A stretch of DNA of 64,000 nt from Rhodosorus marinus CCMP1338. Its lineage: Eukaryota > Plantae > Rhodophyta. The notes below the pieces were generated by a model. It did no database searches. It was not told the origin of the DNA and was given only the letters and a program-made list of their open reading frames with translations. Shown in pieces: positions 23,046 to 36,014 of the stretch (its first letter is position 1; each line of letters begins with the position of its first letter). A program made the translations under genes and the position numbers. The stretch is taken from positions 2,108,001 through 2,172,000 of the forward strand of contig JAMWBK010000004.1 of assembly GCA_029953675.1 (NCBI GenBank), given 5' to 3'.

Positions 23046-26000
23046 ATGGGTGTTCCAGCGTTTTTCAGATGGTTGTCGATGAGATATCCACTGATTGTTG
23101 CGAACTGTGTGGAGGAGGTGGCATGGTTGCATTCTGGCGAAGAAGCTAAAATAGATGCGACGCAGCCGAATCCAAACGGGTTCGAGATTGATAACTTGTA
23201 CCTGGATATGAATGGTATCATTCATCCATGTACGCATCCAGAGGATCGACCCGCACCTACAACGGTATGCACCAACCCCTCCAACTGTGATTGATTCAAT
23301 GGATTGGAAGCCCTTCCTCGTAGTCGTGGAAAGGCAATTGCTCAGGGTTGGTTTGCTTTGTTGCTTTTAAAGGAGGAGGAGATGTTCCAGGAAGTGTTTC
23401 GGTATTGTGATAGAATCTTCGATCTTGTGAGGCCGAGGAAGCTCATCTACATGGCCATAGATGGTGTCGCTCCGCGGGCTAAGATTAATCAGCAGCGGTC
23501 CCGACGCTTTCGGTCGGCACGAGAAGCGGGCGAGAAGGAGCAAGAAGATGCAAAGTATGAGCTTCTGTTTTAGTCTTGGATTAGTTACGAGCTCATTTCT
23601 GTATGAAAATACAACACCCCTGATCGAGTTACTTTCTCTGTTATGTACTCAGGATGAGAGCAGAATGGAGAGCGGCTGGTATGGACGTTCCAGAGGTTAA
23701 ACCAGGAGCAGCCTTTGACTCCAACGTGATCACTCCGGGAACACCATTCATGTATCGACTTGCTCAAGCGCTCAAGCGATATGTAGCGGAACGATATGAG
23801 ATGAATCCAGCATGGGCGGATGTAAAGGTGACTGCTCTATCCCGTCCTAATGATTCCCTCAGAGAACAAAATCAGGTTTGATTGTTACGAGGAATGTAAC
23901 TTTAACTAATACAAGTTTACGGAACATGAATATTTTTCAAGGTTGTATTCTCTGACGCTTCCGTACCTGGTGAGGGAGAACATAAGATCGCCGAGTTTAT
24001 TCGCCAGTCTAGGGCACAACCCGGATACAATCCGAACACTAGCCATGTCCTGTACGGTGAGTTTTTCTTTGCTAGAAACCTAAACGTCGCCGAAAAACCA
24101 CAACTGAGAATCATCATCTTTAGGTCTCGATGCTGACTTAATCATGCTCGCACTTGCAACACACGAGCTTCATTTTATGATTCTGAGAGAGATGGTAATG
24201 ACCCCGGGAGGAAGGTTTCAGGTGGAACCTCCAACTCTTCCTCAGGACAAAATAGACGGCCTACTTCCTGGAACGGAACTTCGAGGATACCTGTCCGAAA
24301 TGGGTGGGAAAAAGCCCTTCCAATTCCTAAACATACATGTCCTCCGCGAATATTTGGACTTCGAATTTCGTGAGGCGTTGGAGGAAGGCTTCAGGTGAGC
24401 CTTGAATTTGTCCCCGGAGAAGTTTTTAGTCAATGCACGCAGTTACTCATCGCTTCAAACGCTTGGGCACCTTGCGTGTTGCGTATCCTCCAGTCGAATA
24501 GCCAAGGAGTCTAGGACAGCGCCTGTGCGATACGATTTTGAGAGGGTCATCGACGACTTTGTGTTTACCTGCTTCTTCGTTGGTAACGACTTTCTTCCTC
24601 ACCTGCCTTCACTGGATATTCGAGAAGGGGCGCTTGACTACCTGATGGAACTCTACAAAACCAACGTGCCGGAAATGGGCTACTTGAGTGATGGATACGG
24701 GAAAGTAGACTTTAAGAAGGTTCGGCGGCTATTAGAGGAGGTACGGAGTATTCCTTGCAGCGCTCTTCACGTTGACTCTGCAATTGGCTGCGAGAACCTC
24801 CGCCCTGTATAAGGACGCGTAGATGACGCGGGGCGGTTGAAAATCTACAAAAGAACAAAGAACTAGATTTCTTAGAGTCCGGTCACGTGTTTGATTGTTG
24901 TCGTGTGGAACAGGTCGGAAGAACGGAGGATGATGTATTCAGGCGGCGTGTGGAGGAAGAGCAAAGACAGGCTGGGAGAGATCGCGACCAGCGTGGGAAG
25001 CGGAGAAGATCGGATAACGCAAGGCAGGTAAGAAATGTTCGCTTTCTCGAGCAGAGAAGGGGGTCTCGATTTTGGTGGAACATCTGAAAACACTTTTTCA
25101 AAAGGCCTAAACGCGTAGTTGCCATTCTTTCCTTGACTTTTGACGTAGGGGGACAAGTCCAAATCGCAATTCGCCAAGGGGGAAGAATTTGGAATGGCGG
25201 CTCTTGGACAGCGGGGATTCAACGCGTATACCCCTGGAAACAAGAGACTCAAGACGGATGGGAGTAGCGGAAACCCAAAGGAGGATGAGGGTGGGATGAC
25301 GAACATGCAGATAGCGGACTCTCTCCGAGCAAAGTTCCGCAATGGTGCAGCCCCGCCCCCAGCTGCTGAGCCTGTTGAAAAGAACGACACGTCGAGGAAA
25401 CGAAAGTCAGAGGAATTCGAGGACGAGCTTAAGTCCCGAATGAAGGAGAAGAGCACACTGGAGCCCTTTGATAATATACGACTAGGTACTGAACGCAGGC
25501 GACTATCGCTCCACTGCCTGGCTTGCACTGACAATGCGCGAGTGCGAAAGGCTGACGAAGCCATCGTGGGGCTTCAAAAGCTTTGCATGCTGACGACAGG
25601 CTTCTCTGTACTTTTTCTTTAGGCGAGCTTGGTTGGAAAGAACGCTACTACAACAACAAGTTTAAGTGGGATATTCGATCGGAAAGCGGTAGGAAGGACA
25701 AGGACGAGCTGAGCAAGTCGTATATTGAGGGATTGCTGTGGGTGATGAGTTACTACTACCAAGGCTGTGTCAGTTGGAGCTGGTAAGTTGGAAACATCAA
25801 TGCCTTGCACTAAAGTCGCAACTGCACAATGTTTTGTAGACATGGTTCACGGTATTGAACATTGGCGTTCATCTCTGCTCATGTCCGCCTTAGGTACTTC
25901 CCTTATCACTACGCTCCGTTTGCTAGTGACCTGGCTGAACTGGACCTCAACGCGGAAAGGTATAGACTGTGCTCAAGATAGCTGCTTGTTGGACCCGCCA

Positions 26001-27642
26001 CTGACTGCCATGAGAACCATTCTTTCATTTGTCGCCGTTCTTTTCAATCAGTATCACGTTCGACCTAAGCGCTCCATATTCGCCTCTCGAACAGCTGATG
26101 AGTGTTCTACCTGCTGTTAGCGCCAAGGGAGTTTTACCTGATCCTTTCTATGAGCTGATGGTTAGAAAGGACTCCTCAATCGTTCACTACTACCCCAAGG
26201 ATTTTGAACTGGACTTGAACGGAAAAAAGTAAGCAACGGACATTGGAAACTGTGTTCGGTACATGCTTTGTCTTCGCCCCCGTGGCCCTGACGTGGATTT
26301 GTTTTCTTCCGCGAAAACCGAAGGTTTGCATGGCAAGGCATTGCTCTGCTTCCGTTCGTAGATGAAAAGCTTTTGATGACCGCATTGGAACCGGCGAGGC
26401 CGAACCTCTCCGAGCATGAACGGAAACTGAACGAGACCGGGAGGCCCTTCGTGTATGTCCATCCATCCTCAAAGCTTGGTTTGTACTTGAAAGACGCCTT
26501 CGCCAATGCGAAGGACGGTGGATCCAATGCAGATGTAGCGGGGAAGGACCTGAGCGGGGGGGTCCTTTTCTTCACGGCAGAACAAGATTCCTCCCTGTCA
26601 GCGTCGGAGTGGGCGCTGGGTGTTTACATGGAATTGCCTCTACCTCCAAAAGTGCACAATCCTCGACCAAACCCTGGCAGCGAGCCACCTGTGCCAACTG
26701 TAACCGACGCCGAGTTCTCCGAAGTTCGAGGGGGAGGGACGGGTTGGAAGGTGTGTAGGTTTGGGGCATTGGGAATGGCTGCAAGGCAACTGCGAGATTC
26801 ACGTCGTGTGTTCGGAGCGAGCCACGGAGGAAGGCCAAATCAACACTCCTATCAGCGCGGAAGGCCTAGGGGACATGATCACCGAAGGAACCAACCGGCT
26901 TCTCATGATAGGTACGTCTTGGATTCAATTTCGCCGAACTCGTCTCGAAGGAAAAGAAAATCCTGGCTTTTTTTTAGCTGGGCGCACATGAGACTAATCG
27001 TCCATGCTTGCCATGTTCCTGTCTAGGTACGCCCAACAAGGCATGGGAATGTATGGCGGACCTCCACAAATGCCGTCCGTGTTTCCACCTCCCCAAGTAG
27101 GCTACCCTTCTTCCGGCCAACCTGCTGCACCTGTAACCGCTGCTCCACCTGCCCCACCCAGTTATCCTCAAAGGCCGCAGGGTGGAGGCCTTGCCGGTCC
27201 AACTGCCGCGCTTCTTCGACGACAGGTTAGAGGGCCTGACAACGCTGGGCGCGGTGCATACGGGCAGCATGGTGCAGGTCAAATTGGGCAGAGCTATGGC
27301 GGGGAATCTCGAAACTCGTACGGAGCGCAGCATCAGGGACTGTTCAGTTCGCCGCCAGCATATGAAAGACCCCAACGGAGAGGCCCTTCCTGGTCAGCTC
27401 CGCAGGGACGTCAACGTGGACAGCAGTCTGGGCCTGCAGAAGGGGGCTACGGAGCTTCTGCTTCCTACCAGAATTCGAACCAGTTCAATTCTCAACAATC
27501 GACCTACTCTAATGGAGGAAACCAGTACATGCATCCTGCGGCTGCCCCAGCGCCTGGTCGGAACTCTGGCGGTGGGGGATATGGTAACCAGAGGCGATCA
27601 GGGAGCCATCGTGGTCGAGGAGGCTATCAAGGTAACAGATGA
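23046..27642 (+). CDS. XRN2: 5'-3' exoribonuclease 2 (XRN2/Rat1/XRN3-like), many exons, Gly/Gln/Tyr/RGG-rich C-terminus
   Basis: [113 protein letters not shown]. Confidence 0.95.
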
Positions 27643-28178
27643 GATGGACTACTTGCTGACCTGACCCCCGCGGAGCAAAGGGAGGAGGTTCCGCTTTTCA
27701 CCGACATGCGGACACCCTAACGTCGCGCATCACCGAAACGGACTCACGTTTTCTTCGTCTTAGATATGGACTAGAAGCAACGCAAACGCGTATGCATATC
27801 AACGCGATAACATGATATCGTGTAACGGTTTTCTCTGGTTTCCAGTGAGACGTGTATTAATAAAGTTAATTGCTAATGTCAACAAGAAACAAAACAAAAG
27901 TAATCGTTGCCTTCTCCTCAAGGTAACAACGGCAAAGCTCCACGTCGGGACGGGCGGTCACTCCATCTAATTTCAGCATCGAATTGGCATGGAAACCCGC
28001 CGCCCGTAAAATATGAAACACTTCCCCCTCCGTTTCTCGTAAGCTCCTATCGAGTAGAAAAGCCAGCAAGCAAACGCCTATTCCTCTAGCCCGTTCTGTC
28101 CGGAAAGCTCAAGCCAACCTGACGGAAAGATGCGCCCTTATCGCAATATATACAACTACACAGGCAGCATGGGCCTCG

Positions 28179-30463
28179 TTACTCTGTACGACGTGTTCGC
28201 GCTGCTGTAAGCCATCGTTCGGCTCTCTTCCATCTCCCGCAGCGGCGTCTCTTGCCTCCGTTCGAACAAAAGCTAACCACAGCAGACACGTAAGGGGTTT
28301 TTAAAAAATTTCGGTAACGGAATCCGGTAGCTTTTTGCCCTGACTTCCAAGAGCCCTCACCTGGCCAACGTTCTTCGCAATATCGTACGACGCACCCGGG
28401 CGCCCTAGATCTTTGGCCCTTTTTGACATGGCAGCCATCTCGTCCGGATCTCCTAGCAAGGAACAAACAAGATCCGCAATCTCTCGGGCTCCTTTCCCGT
28501 AGTTCCCGACGCCATTCTCCTGGACAAACTTGACGTTGCCATATTCTTGCCCTGTTTCGTACATGTCCAGAGTCACGTTAAAGCCCAAGCTTGATACCTC
28601 CAATACGAAATCTTCGGTCTATCCCGTACCTGGAAGATAACCGGATAAAACAATGGGCAGACCGCGAACAAGCGACTCAGCAATGGTTCCCGGCCCAGCT
28701 TTCGTAATGATGCAGTTGGCAGCTGCCATGTACTCGCTCATGTTCGAAACAAAACCTGTTCATCGCACCCAGATCCGAATACGTTCAGTTGCCTGCACAA
28801 CAAAATCAAACGAAGCGAGAAGCGGACATTTTCTCGGCCGGGTTGCATGGGGTACCTGTGACCTTGACCGGGATTGGCCACTCCTCGAATAGAAGTTTCT
28901 CTCTCAGTTTTTCGTTCTTCCCACATACGACCACGATTTGCGCACCATATGGACCTTCTTCTTGCTCTATTCGCCTCGCCACTGTAACTGCAACCTTGTG
29001 CAACGACCCAACTCCTGCACCGCCGCCAACTACAAGCACTACTGGTACGTTCAATTTCAGGCCCAGCCTGCGCCGTAGAAGAGTTGAGTCTGGAGCGTCC
29101 GACCAGAACATTCTCCGAATCGGCAGTCCGTACTGGCGCAGTTGATGGTCCTTCATTTTGTACCTCTTCGCGTAGTCCCAGAGATGTTGTGTTGGAACAT
29201 AGCACCGGTCAACGCCAGAGTGAAACCAAGTTGGGTTGGCGCCACCCAGATCCGTGACTACTGTTACGAACGTCTGAATTCGGACGACAAACGAACACCA
29301 GTAATGAGCTGGGTGGTAATCGCATAGTGCAACAGGGTACTTTCATAGTACATGGAGTCGAAGATTAGCTGGAAGCATCTTACCACGCGATCTCTGATTC
29401 CAAGGCGATTCAAAACTCCCAACGGAGGTCCTTGACAAAGCGGATGCACGGAAACAATCATATCCGGTTCGAAACTCAGGAAAGCTTCCTTCAGTCTACA
29501 GTAGAAACAACCATGACGTCAGCCCACCTCATCCGGAAAGAACTAGCGCGCTGCTATCTCCCCGCTGCGAATCTACTTGACAGATTCGATCCTCTACACC
29601 GAGCACAGGTTCCTGTGGTCCAAAAAGGGTTGGAACTTCTTGCTCACCTATTGAAGTTCATGAACATGTACGTCCTTTGAGCCAATTGGCGTGTCGGCCA
29701 AAATTGCCCTCCCCTATATCCAAAGGAAAGACAACATAACTTGCTGAGATTCACAACCGAGATACCAATTTCGTCGGTCAAGGCCGGGCACGTACGCATA
29801 GGTAACGCGCCACAATGTTGGGTGCTTCATCAAAAAATTGTACTGCTCTGGAATGCTCCTGAAGAAAGGGCCCGAAAGCTCAGCAAACACGTCAACGATT
29901 TGTACATCAACCTTATCCGGGTACAGTTCATCCAAAGCAGCTTTTAAGGCTTGTGCGCTTGCTCGGTGTCCTGTGTGAAGGGAAAAGACAAACTCATCCT
30001 ACGGTCAGGCGATGAAAAACCCATACCACAGAATCCGCGTCCCAGTGGTTGACCCACCTCCTCCGGTGTCTGACATCAACATGAGAATCCTCTTCCTCCT
30101 CGGCATACTCAGTTGCTGCCCTGCTTGCACATCCTTGACGATCCCGACACCCCCACCATCGTCTCCACCGCGTCCTCCAGAGAATCCATTTCCACCAGTG
30201 ATGAAGTTCCCTCCTCCAGCGAACAGTCCAGGTGTCGTCCCAGATCTAGAGCGAACTGAACGTCCTCGGTCGCCTCCAATCTCATACCTTCTATTTGCAT
30301 GCCCATCCGTCCGTCTGCCCACATCACTTGCGAAAAGACTGGATCCAACAAACGACGCCAAGTTTAGAACACAATCCTGGTTCAGCAAATCGTTCATCTT
30401 AACCCCAGAACAAACAAACAAACAAACCCCAAACTCACACAAATACCCACCCCCCTCAACCAA
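28179..30463 (-). CDS. MGD1: Monogalactosyldiacylglycerol synthase (GT28), multi-exon; start 30463 or slightly downstream
   Basis: [39 protein letters not shown], spliced KAGPGTIAE and [16 protein letters not shown]. Confidence 0.92.
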
Positions 30464-30540
30464 AGACCCGAAAACTATTCAAAATAACTCATCGACCTTA
30501 AACACCATCCTCATCAACTCCTACTCATAAGCAAAATCAC

Positions 30541-30673
30541 CCACCCCCAACCCCATCCTCCCCCAACCCCATCCCCATTCCCATCTCCATCCCCATCCCC
30601 ATCCCACCCCATCCCACCCCACCCACCCCACCCCACCCCACCCCACCCCACCCCACCCCACCCCACCCCACCC
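30541..30673. repeat. (CCCCA)n pentamer tract with degenerate ATCCCC/CCCAT flank; G-quadruplex potential on the minus strand
   Basis: About 9 perfect CCCCA units at 30626-30670, preceded by degenerate C-run units, just upstream of the MGD start. Confidence 0.9.
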
Positions 30674-31499
30674 TCACAATCACGAAACCCTGTCACCCTC
30701 TCTCCTCCATCTCAAGACCCAAAAGATAGTGCCTTATCCCCATCCAAATTGCCCAACCCTAAACAGCAATTAGCTCTCAATTTCAACTCCCATTATTTTT
30801 AATTCGTTTTTCCTGTTCATATTCTAATGCCCAATGTTCCAGGTCAAAACCTCGGCCCGTTGGAAAATACGAACAGAAATCTGCTTCCTCTTTAAATCTT
30901 CTCGGATAGACCCTGACCAATGTTTTCACGCCTCCAGAGCCGAGCCTTGGCCCGGTGAGTCAAGAAACAATAAATCACAACCACCCGGTATATTCGCTAG
31001 ATCAACAACAATTGCTCTAATGTAAATTATAATTAAGTCATATACGACCAAAAGGGAACAAGAATCCCCCCCCTTCTAGCTTTCGTCTAAGGAGTAAGTA
31101 TTGTTTTTATTTAAATATTATCCGTATGGTTTTAAACGCATTTCAAATACTCGGCTGTCTAGAATCGATGTAAAACTTTCATCACAGGAGCCCCTGTCCA
31201 CTGATTCCAACCATTTTAGTTTTTGCGATATTTTCAATGGATTTCCTCCTGTCCACCGAAGAAAATCCATCCGATTTCATATTTATGCAATTTTGTAGAT
31301 CACACGTCATTTTTTCATGAGAAAGAAGATTCTTTTTGTGGCCGAATTGACCCACCGCTTTTGCCCAGGTGAACGCTTCGAGAGGGTTGATGGCAAATAC
31401 ACGAAGGGTGGGTTTAGATCGAAGATCTTCAGATGAGCCCATTTCTTCAGGCCTTGGGGTTGTTGATTAAAATTTGAAATATTCCATTATTTTACCAGT

Positions 31500-33000
31500 A
31501 GATGATTTATTGATTTTTCAGTCGGACCCGTGGAGATCATATACAACTAGTTGACGATATCGAAAGGGGTAGAGACCGGGGATACTCGGCTCAAATCAAT
31601 TTCACAACGTGCAACCTTACCCCGTCGGGTTTGTGTTTCTTGCAAACGAATGTACGGATCGTGCTTTAGTGCAGCTGAACAGCTGCATCCAGGAGCTCAT
31701 GGAATGGTAATAACTCCCGAATAGCTTCTGCATCAGCCATTGCTATGCTTTTACGGGAAGCAGAGACAGGCTTCCCGGCGCCCATTTCAAGAGGTGCGAG
31801 ATGTTGCGTGCAAGAACACTACTTGCAAAAATAGCGAACTACATAGCAACCCTCCGGACTAGCTCGATGTCAGTTCTACCGGTATGTACTCTGCATTAGT
31901 TTGAACTCGGAACCTTCGGACCTACCGCACATAAGGACATATTGTTGCACCCTGCCAAAGCAATTCATTCTGAGCTAGCCGTTGCTGCTTGCACAGAAGC
32001 CAAAGAGGTTCAAGTTTGAGTCCAGCCTGAAGAAGCCGTATTGGTCCCATCGTACTAATGAAGATTGGAGGCTGTTCGGTGCCTGCAAAATTTCGGAACT
32101 ACTACTTCATCGGTGTGCAACTAGTTTACCGTGTTCAGCAGCGGCGGCTAGTCTGCTTTTATGGAAATAGAGATAGATCATGCGCTATCAATTCAAGAGG
32201 TTTTGAAGGTGTTTTCCTCCTCAAAAAGTCGGGACTGTTTGTCAACAGAGCACTGGTAGCTTGCCGACCTGAAGTTGGACATTCGTTCATCAGTCCTAGT
32301 CTGGTCGTAGTACGGGTGCGCTTTAGCGAAGCACATGCTCAAATCAGCCTTTGGCCAGTGGTTTTTGGATGTATCTCCTCGATGTCCAGGTTTGCTCTGG
32401 ACAGCGAGGTGGTTATCCACGATTGTGACGTTGTTAGGCACTCGGAATCTACGCCTTTGGTAAACTGCATAGTATCTTCGTTCGATCCGAAACCGACAGT
32501 GGGACAAGTTTTCCAGCACGCGCAAACACCACTGAACGAAGAGCGAACTGTACCTTGCACAACTAGACTGGGGTTAGCCCTTCCGAACCAAGTGACAATA
32601 TGAAAGCTAGAACCCAGCCATCAATCGAACAACGGACTCTCCAATCCTCCTCCACATCATGTACTGAGGCCGAGAGCGCCCGGACACCATCGGCATGCAC
32701 TGCTCTAATAAGGGGAGGGACAAACCGCTTTTCTGAAGATGTTTCAACCGTTCCCGAAAGTCTTGACAACCTCAATGAGCGACCCAGCCCTCATTATCAA
32801 TAGCGCGCAACACGGAACTGGGCTCTCAAGGGAGGGAAGAACGTGGTCTTCTTCAGTTGAGACCTTTGCCTTGAGCATATGCGCTTACTCTATCCCAATA
32901 TCCAAGCCTTATTCTTCGATTCGAACTCTCACCTGTGTCATCCTTTACATCTTTGAGAAAACAAACGGTAGAGAAAACCTGCTACCGGGCAATCGAATGT
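31500..33000 (-). pseudogene. Possible decayed gene (coding-like but stop-riddled), head-to-head with RPC9
   Basis: Protein-like stretches such as VLRAIDNEGWVAH*GCQDFRERLKHLQ and SIAMADAEAIRELLPFHELLDAAVQLH*. No family recognised; boundaries approximate. Confidence 0.22.
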
Positions 33001-33073
33001 CATTGATAAGTCGCAACGATGTCGAGGACGCTAGGCCATCAACCGGAGATGGGATTACAAAAATAAGAGACTC

Positions 33074-33877
33074 ATGAAGATAACTGTGGATCCAGAGGAA
33101 GTTCTTATGAACTTTGAGGTGCTCGAGGTTCTTCGGGATCATCGGAAGAAGCGGAAGTCTCAACTACGAGTCCGTCAACATCGAATGGCGGGAATGACAC
33201 ACACGGAGGAGGCCGAGAATGTGAAGATTGTGTCCAATCAAGTGATTTCATATTTGGAGCGAACCCCAGCGAATAGTCAAACCTCAGAACACTACCAGAA
33301 AATCAAGGAGCAGCTGGACGACTATGATCTTGCACCGGCTGAATACGAAATGGTCGTAAACTTGAGACCGTCGAAGCCGGCTCAATTGATGCCCATCGTG
33401 GAGGACGGTTTGGAAAGGTTTTCAGAAAAAGATCTTGAGGTGAGATTGTCTGATTAAGACTCCTATAATGGACCCACGATAATACAAGCTGGCCAAGACG
33501 TTGATGTGCTCGCTACGCCGGAAAAAATGGGGCTAATGATCATTGATCTCGTTCCAATAGCTGCTGGTAAACGCAGCTCTTGCTTCCGAGCGAAAGGAGT
33601 AGACTCAGGGTTATGTAAACTAATAGTTTGCTGGGTTTGAAAACAGGCTATTGCGGAGCACGTAGAACAGTGCCTTCCCCCCGCACCAGAACTACAGGTG
33701 CTGGGAGCTGATGGTGATCCTGAGGAAAACAACCTCGAAGACTATCACTTGGCAGTGGAGGACGGACGTGCGGAAGCAGGTGATTCTTCAAAACAGCAAG
33801 ACAAGACGGAGTTAGAAAACCTCGATGCTGGGAAAGTCAACTTTGATTCTGAGGACGATGACGATAACAGTAGATGA
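33074..33877 (+). CDS. RPC9: RNA polymerase III subunit RPC9/C17 (Rpb4 family) with acidic C-terminal exon
   Basis: LMNFEVLEVL...SYLERTP...LAPAEYEMVVNLRP...IVEDGLERFSEKDLE fits the Rpb4/RPC9 HRDC fold pattern. Intron about 33440-33646. Confidence 0.75.
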
Positions 33878-34127
33878 ATCCATCGAGCAGGTGCTCAAAT
33901 CGTCATCAAGGGTCGCTAGTTTGTGTTCGCGTTCTGGGCAGAGAAATGCATGGCCTTGGACAAGGTGATCGATTCTGTTACAGGGGGCAGCGAAGGAGAA
34001 GAAGGCTCCTTTCTGCTAGCAGGTCGACCTGCTACTAGGACTAATGCTAAGTTTGAGCTTTCGCTCCTCGCTGAACTGAGAACAGGCTGCTTTCTACCAG
34101 TTCTCTAGAAAAATGGTCCTCGTTTAG

Positions 34128-35426
34128 TTAACGCATCCAGTCGAGCGTGATGGCTCTCGACGGCAATATCAAGCCAGTGAGCGCGTTGCCATGGTAATTG
34201 AGGTTCTTTTTCGCTTGTATGCAAGGAGGTATGAAAACGAAAAAGCGTCCCTCTGTGTGAGCAAGCCCGGCTCTGTTTCGTTCGGAGGATAATAGAACGC
34301 ACAACGAGACAAGAACGTGTTACGCCAAGACACAAGTTTTTCGAAAAAGAAGATGAAGAGTAAGCATATTTCGCCAATGCCGTTGGCCCTTATCTTCCGC
34401 AAAGGCCGAAGTCCAACGATCCTCACGGGTTTTTCTTGAGAGCCCTTACCGTTTTCTATCAGTCAAGTATTTTACAAAATTATTATAGCCGACGTCATTT
34501 TCCGACTCCGGCTCAAAGTACAACGTGCAAGTCTCTGGTTTGCAGAACTTGTCCAAATAACACTGATCAAACCTCCTCTTCACCAGTAGGGAGGAAGGCA
34601 AGGACTCCTGAAACGACAAGACGGGACTGTTCAGGCAAATGGATTCTGTTCCTATCCGAGCTGTTTTGGCGACAAACGTACTTCTTCAACCACCCAGTTC
34701 CTGACACATATCGCTTTTAGGGTAGACACAAACTTGCCTGGTTTGTGCAAAGAAAATGTCCACGGTGGAGATTTAACCAGGCAAGGATACAGAGATCGCC
34801 ACCGGTTGTCCGTCAATGAGGATCGATTGAGCATCACCCAAAGGGCGCTGTCGTTTCGAAGTGACCTGCATCGTCGTAGACATAAATCCTTCCATACCTG
34901 TGGATCTTCGCAGCGCTTGTGCCAGGTCCTGAAAAGGAACAAGACCACAGAGTCAGCAGTCACAGAGCATGTCTGTCTATACTCGAAACGGGTACGCCCT
35001 CAAGACTTACTTTGAAGTCAAAGACAGCGTTACCAGGTCTTTCCCATCCAGATGCCTGAGAATTCTCCCCCATACTGTCTCCGGAAAACTATCTAGACCC
35101 TCTGTGCATTGCTCCAAAGCCCCGGCTTCTAAATCACAACGCGCCAAATTTGTGCTTCGTGCCAGAACCGTTCTCAAATGATCTCGCATAAAGCTCGCCG
35201 ACCATCTACGTTGATCCTTAATACCAGACACAACGTCGAGCAGCCGCCTAACATCAGCCTCCAGAAGTGCCACGGAGTCACCCCCAACCTCCTCAGCATC
35301 ATCCGCCCCACAAGCAATATCGCACAAAATTGGACCAAAAGCCTTCGGTCCCAGTTCGTCAAGAACGTCACTACTCCCATCTAATCCACAGTCCTCTGCC
35401 ATGGAAAGCGGAAAACGATTGTCCAT
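34128..35426 (-). CDS. F-box + C-terminal SPOC domain protein (4 exons)
   Basis: Exons 35426-35011, 34928-34682, 34607-34450 and 34272-34128. F-box: LDSFPETVWGRILRHLDGKDLVTLSLTSKTWHKRCEDPQVWKDLC. SPOC-like: WTFSLHK...LPSSLLVKRRFD...FVKYLTDRKRAG...FVFIPPC. Confidence 0.78.
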
Positions 35427-36014
35427 CCCCTAAACTCATTCCCAAAACCAACCTCCCGCTTTCACTCAAAACAGGCCCAGGCAAACCAAACCACTCAAAC
35501 ACAACACCTTAAAAACTAGTTCAAAAAAAACAACAAGCAGCTCATCCTTCACATAGTCCTTTTCAAGATACCAAATAACCCTTTCGAAGTCCCCCACGAA
35601 AAAAAAAACTTGTTTTCATTCAATGATATTTTTTTCCGCATTTTCATCATTTAACTGGAACAATGGTTTTACAATAGGTATTCTACCTTGGCCCGGAAAA
35701 AAGGATGTTTGGAGAGTCTTCACCCTTCGCAGATTCTCTCTCTGGAAATATGACTTTGCGAGGGTACCATCAGCTATCTCAATTTGGCCATATGAAAATA
35801 TCCAAAAAAAAGAACGACACCAGCTTAGGTTTGAATTGAAATGAAGAGCTGACTGATGATTTGGAACGGACGGGGGGAGGGAGGGTTCTTAGTGAGGACG
35901 AATCCACAATTTTGCCTGGGTTCTAAGCGAGAGCACCTATATATTCTATTAGTCTCATTTAAGATGAGAGCATTAAAGAGAACGTAGGACTTCAATTGGA
36001 CTCCAGAACTCGTT

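Noticed and set aside
31670-31827. Three short hairpins (8, 8 and 6 bp stems)
   Set aside because: Stems of this size are expected by chance, and they lie in apparently decayed coding DNA.
32700-32830. Resemblance of the decayed ORF to a Gypsy integrase HHCC zinc finger
   Set aside because: Residue spacing does not fit, and no RT, RNase H or LTR evidence is nearby.
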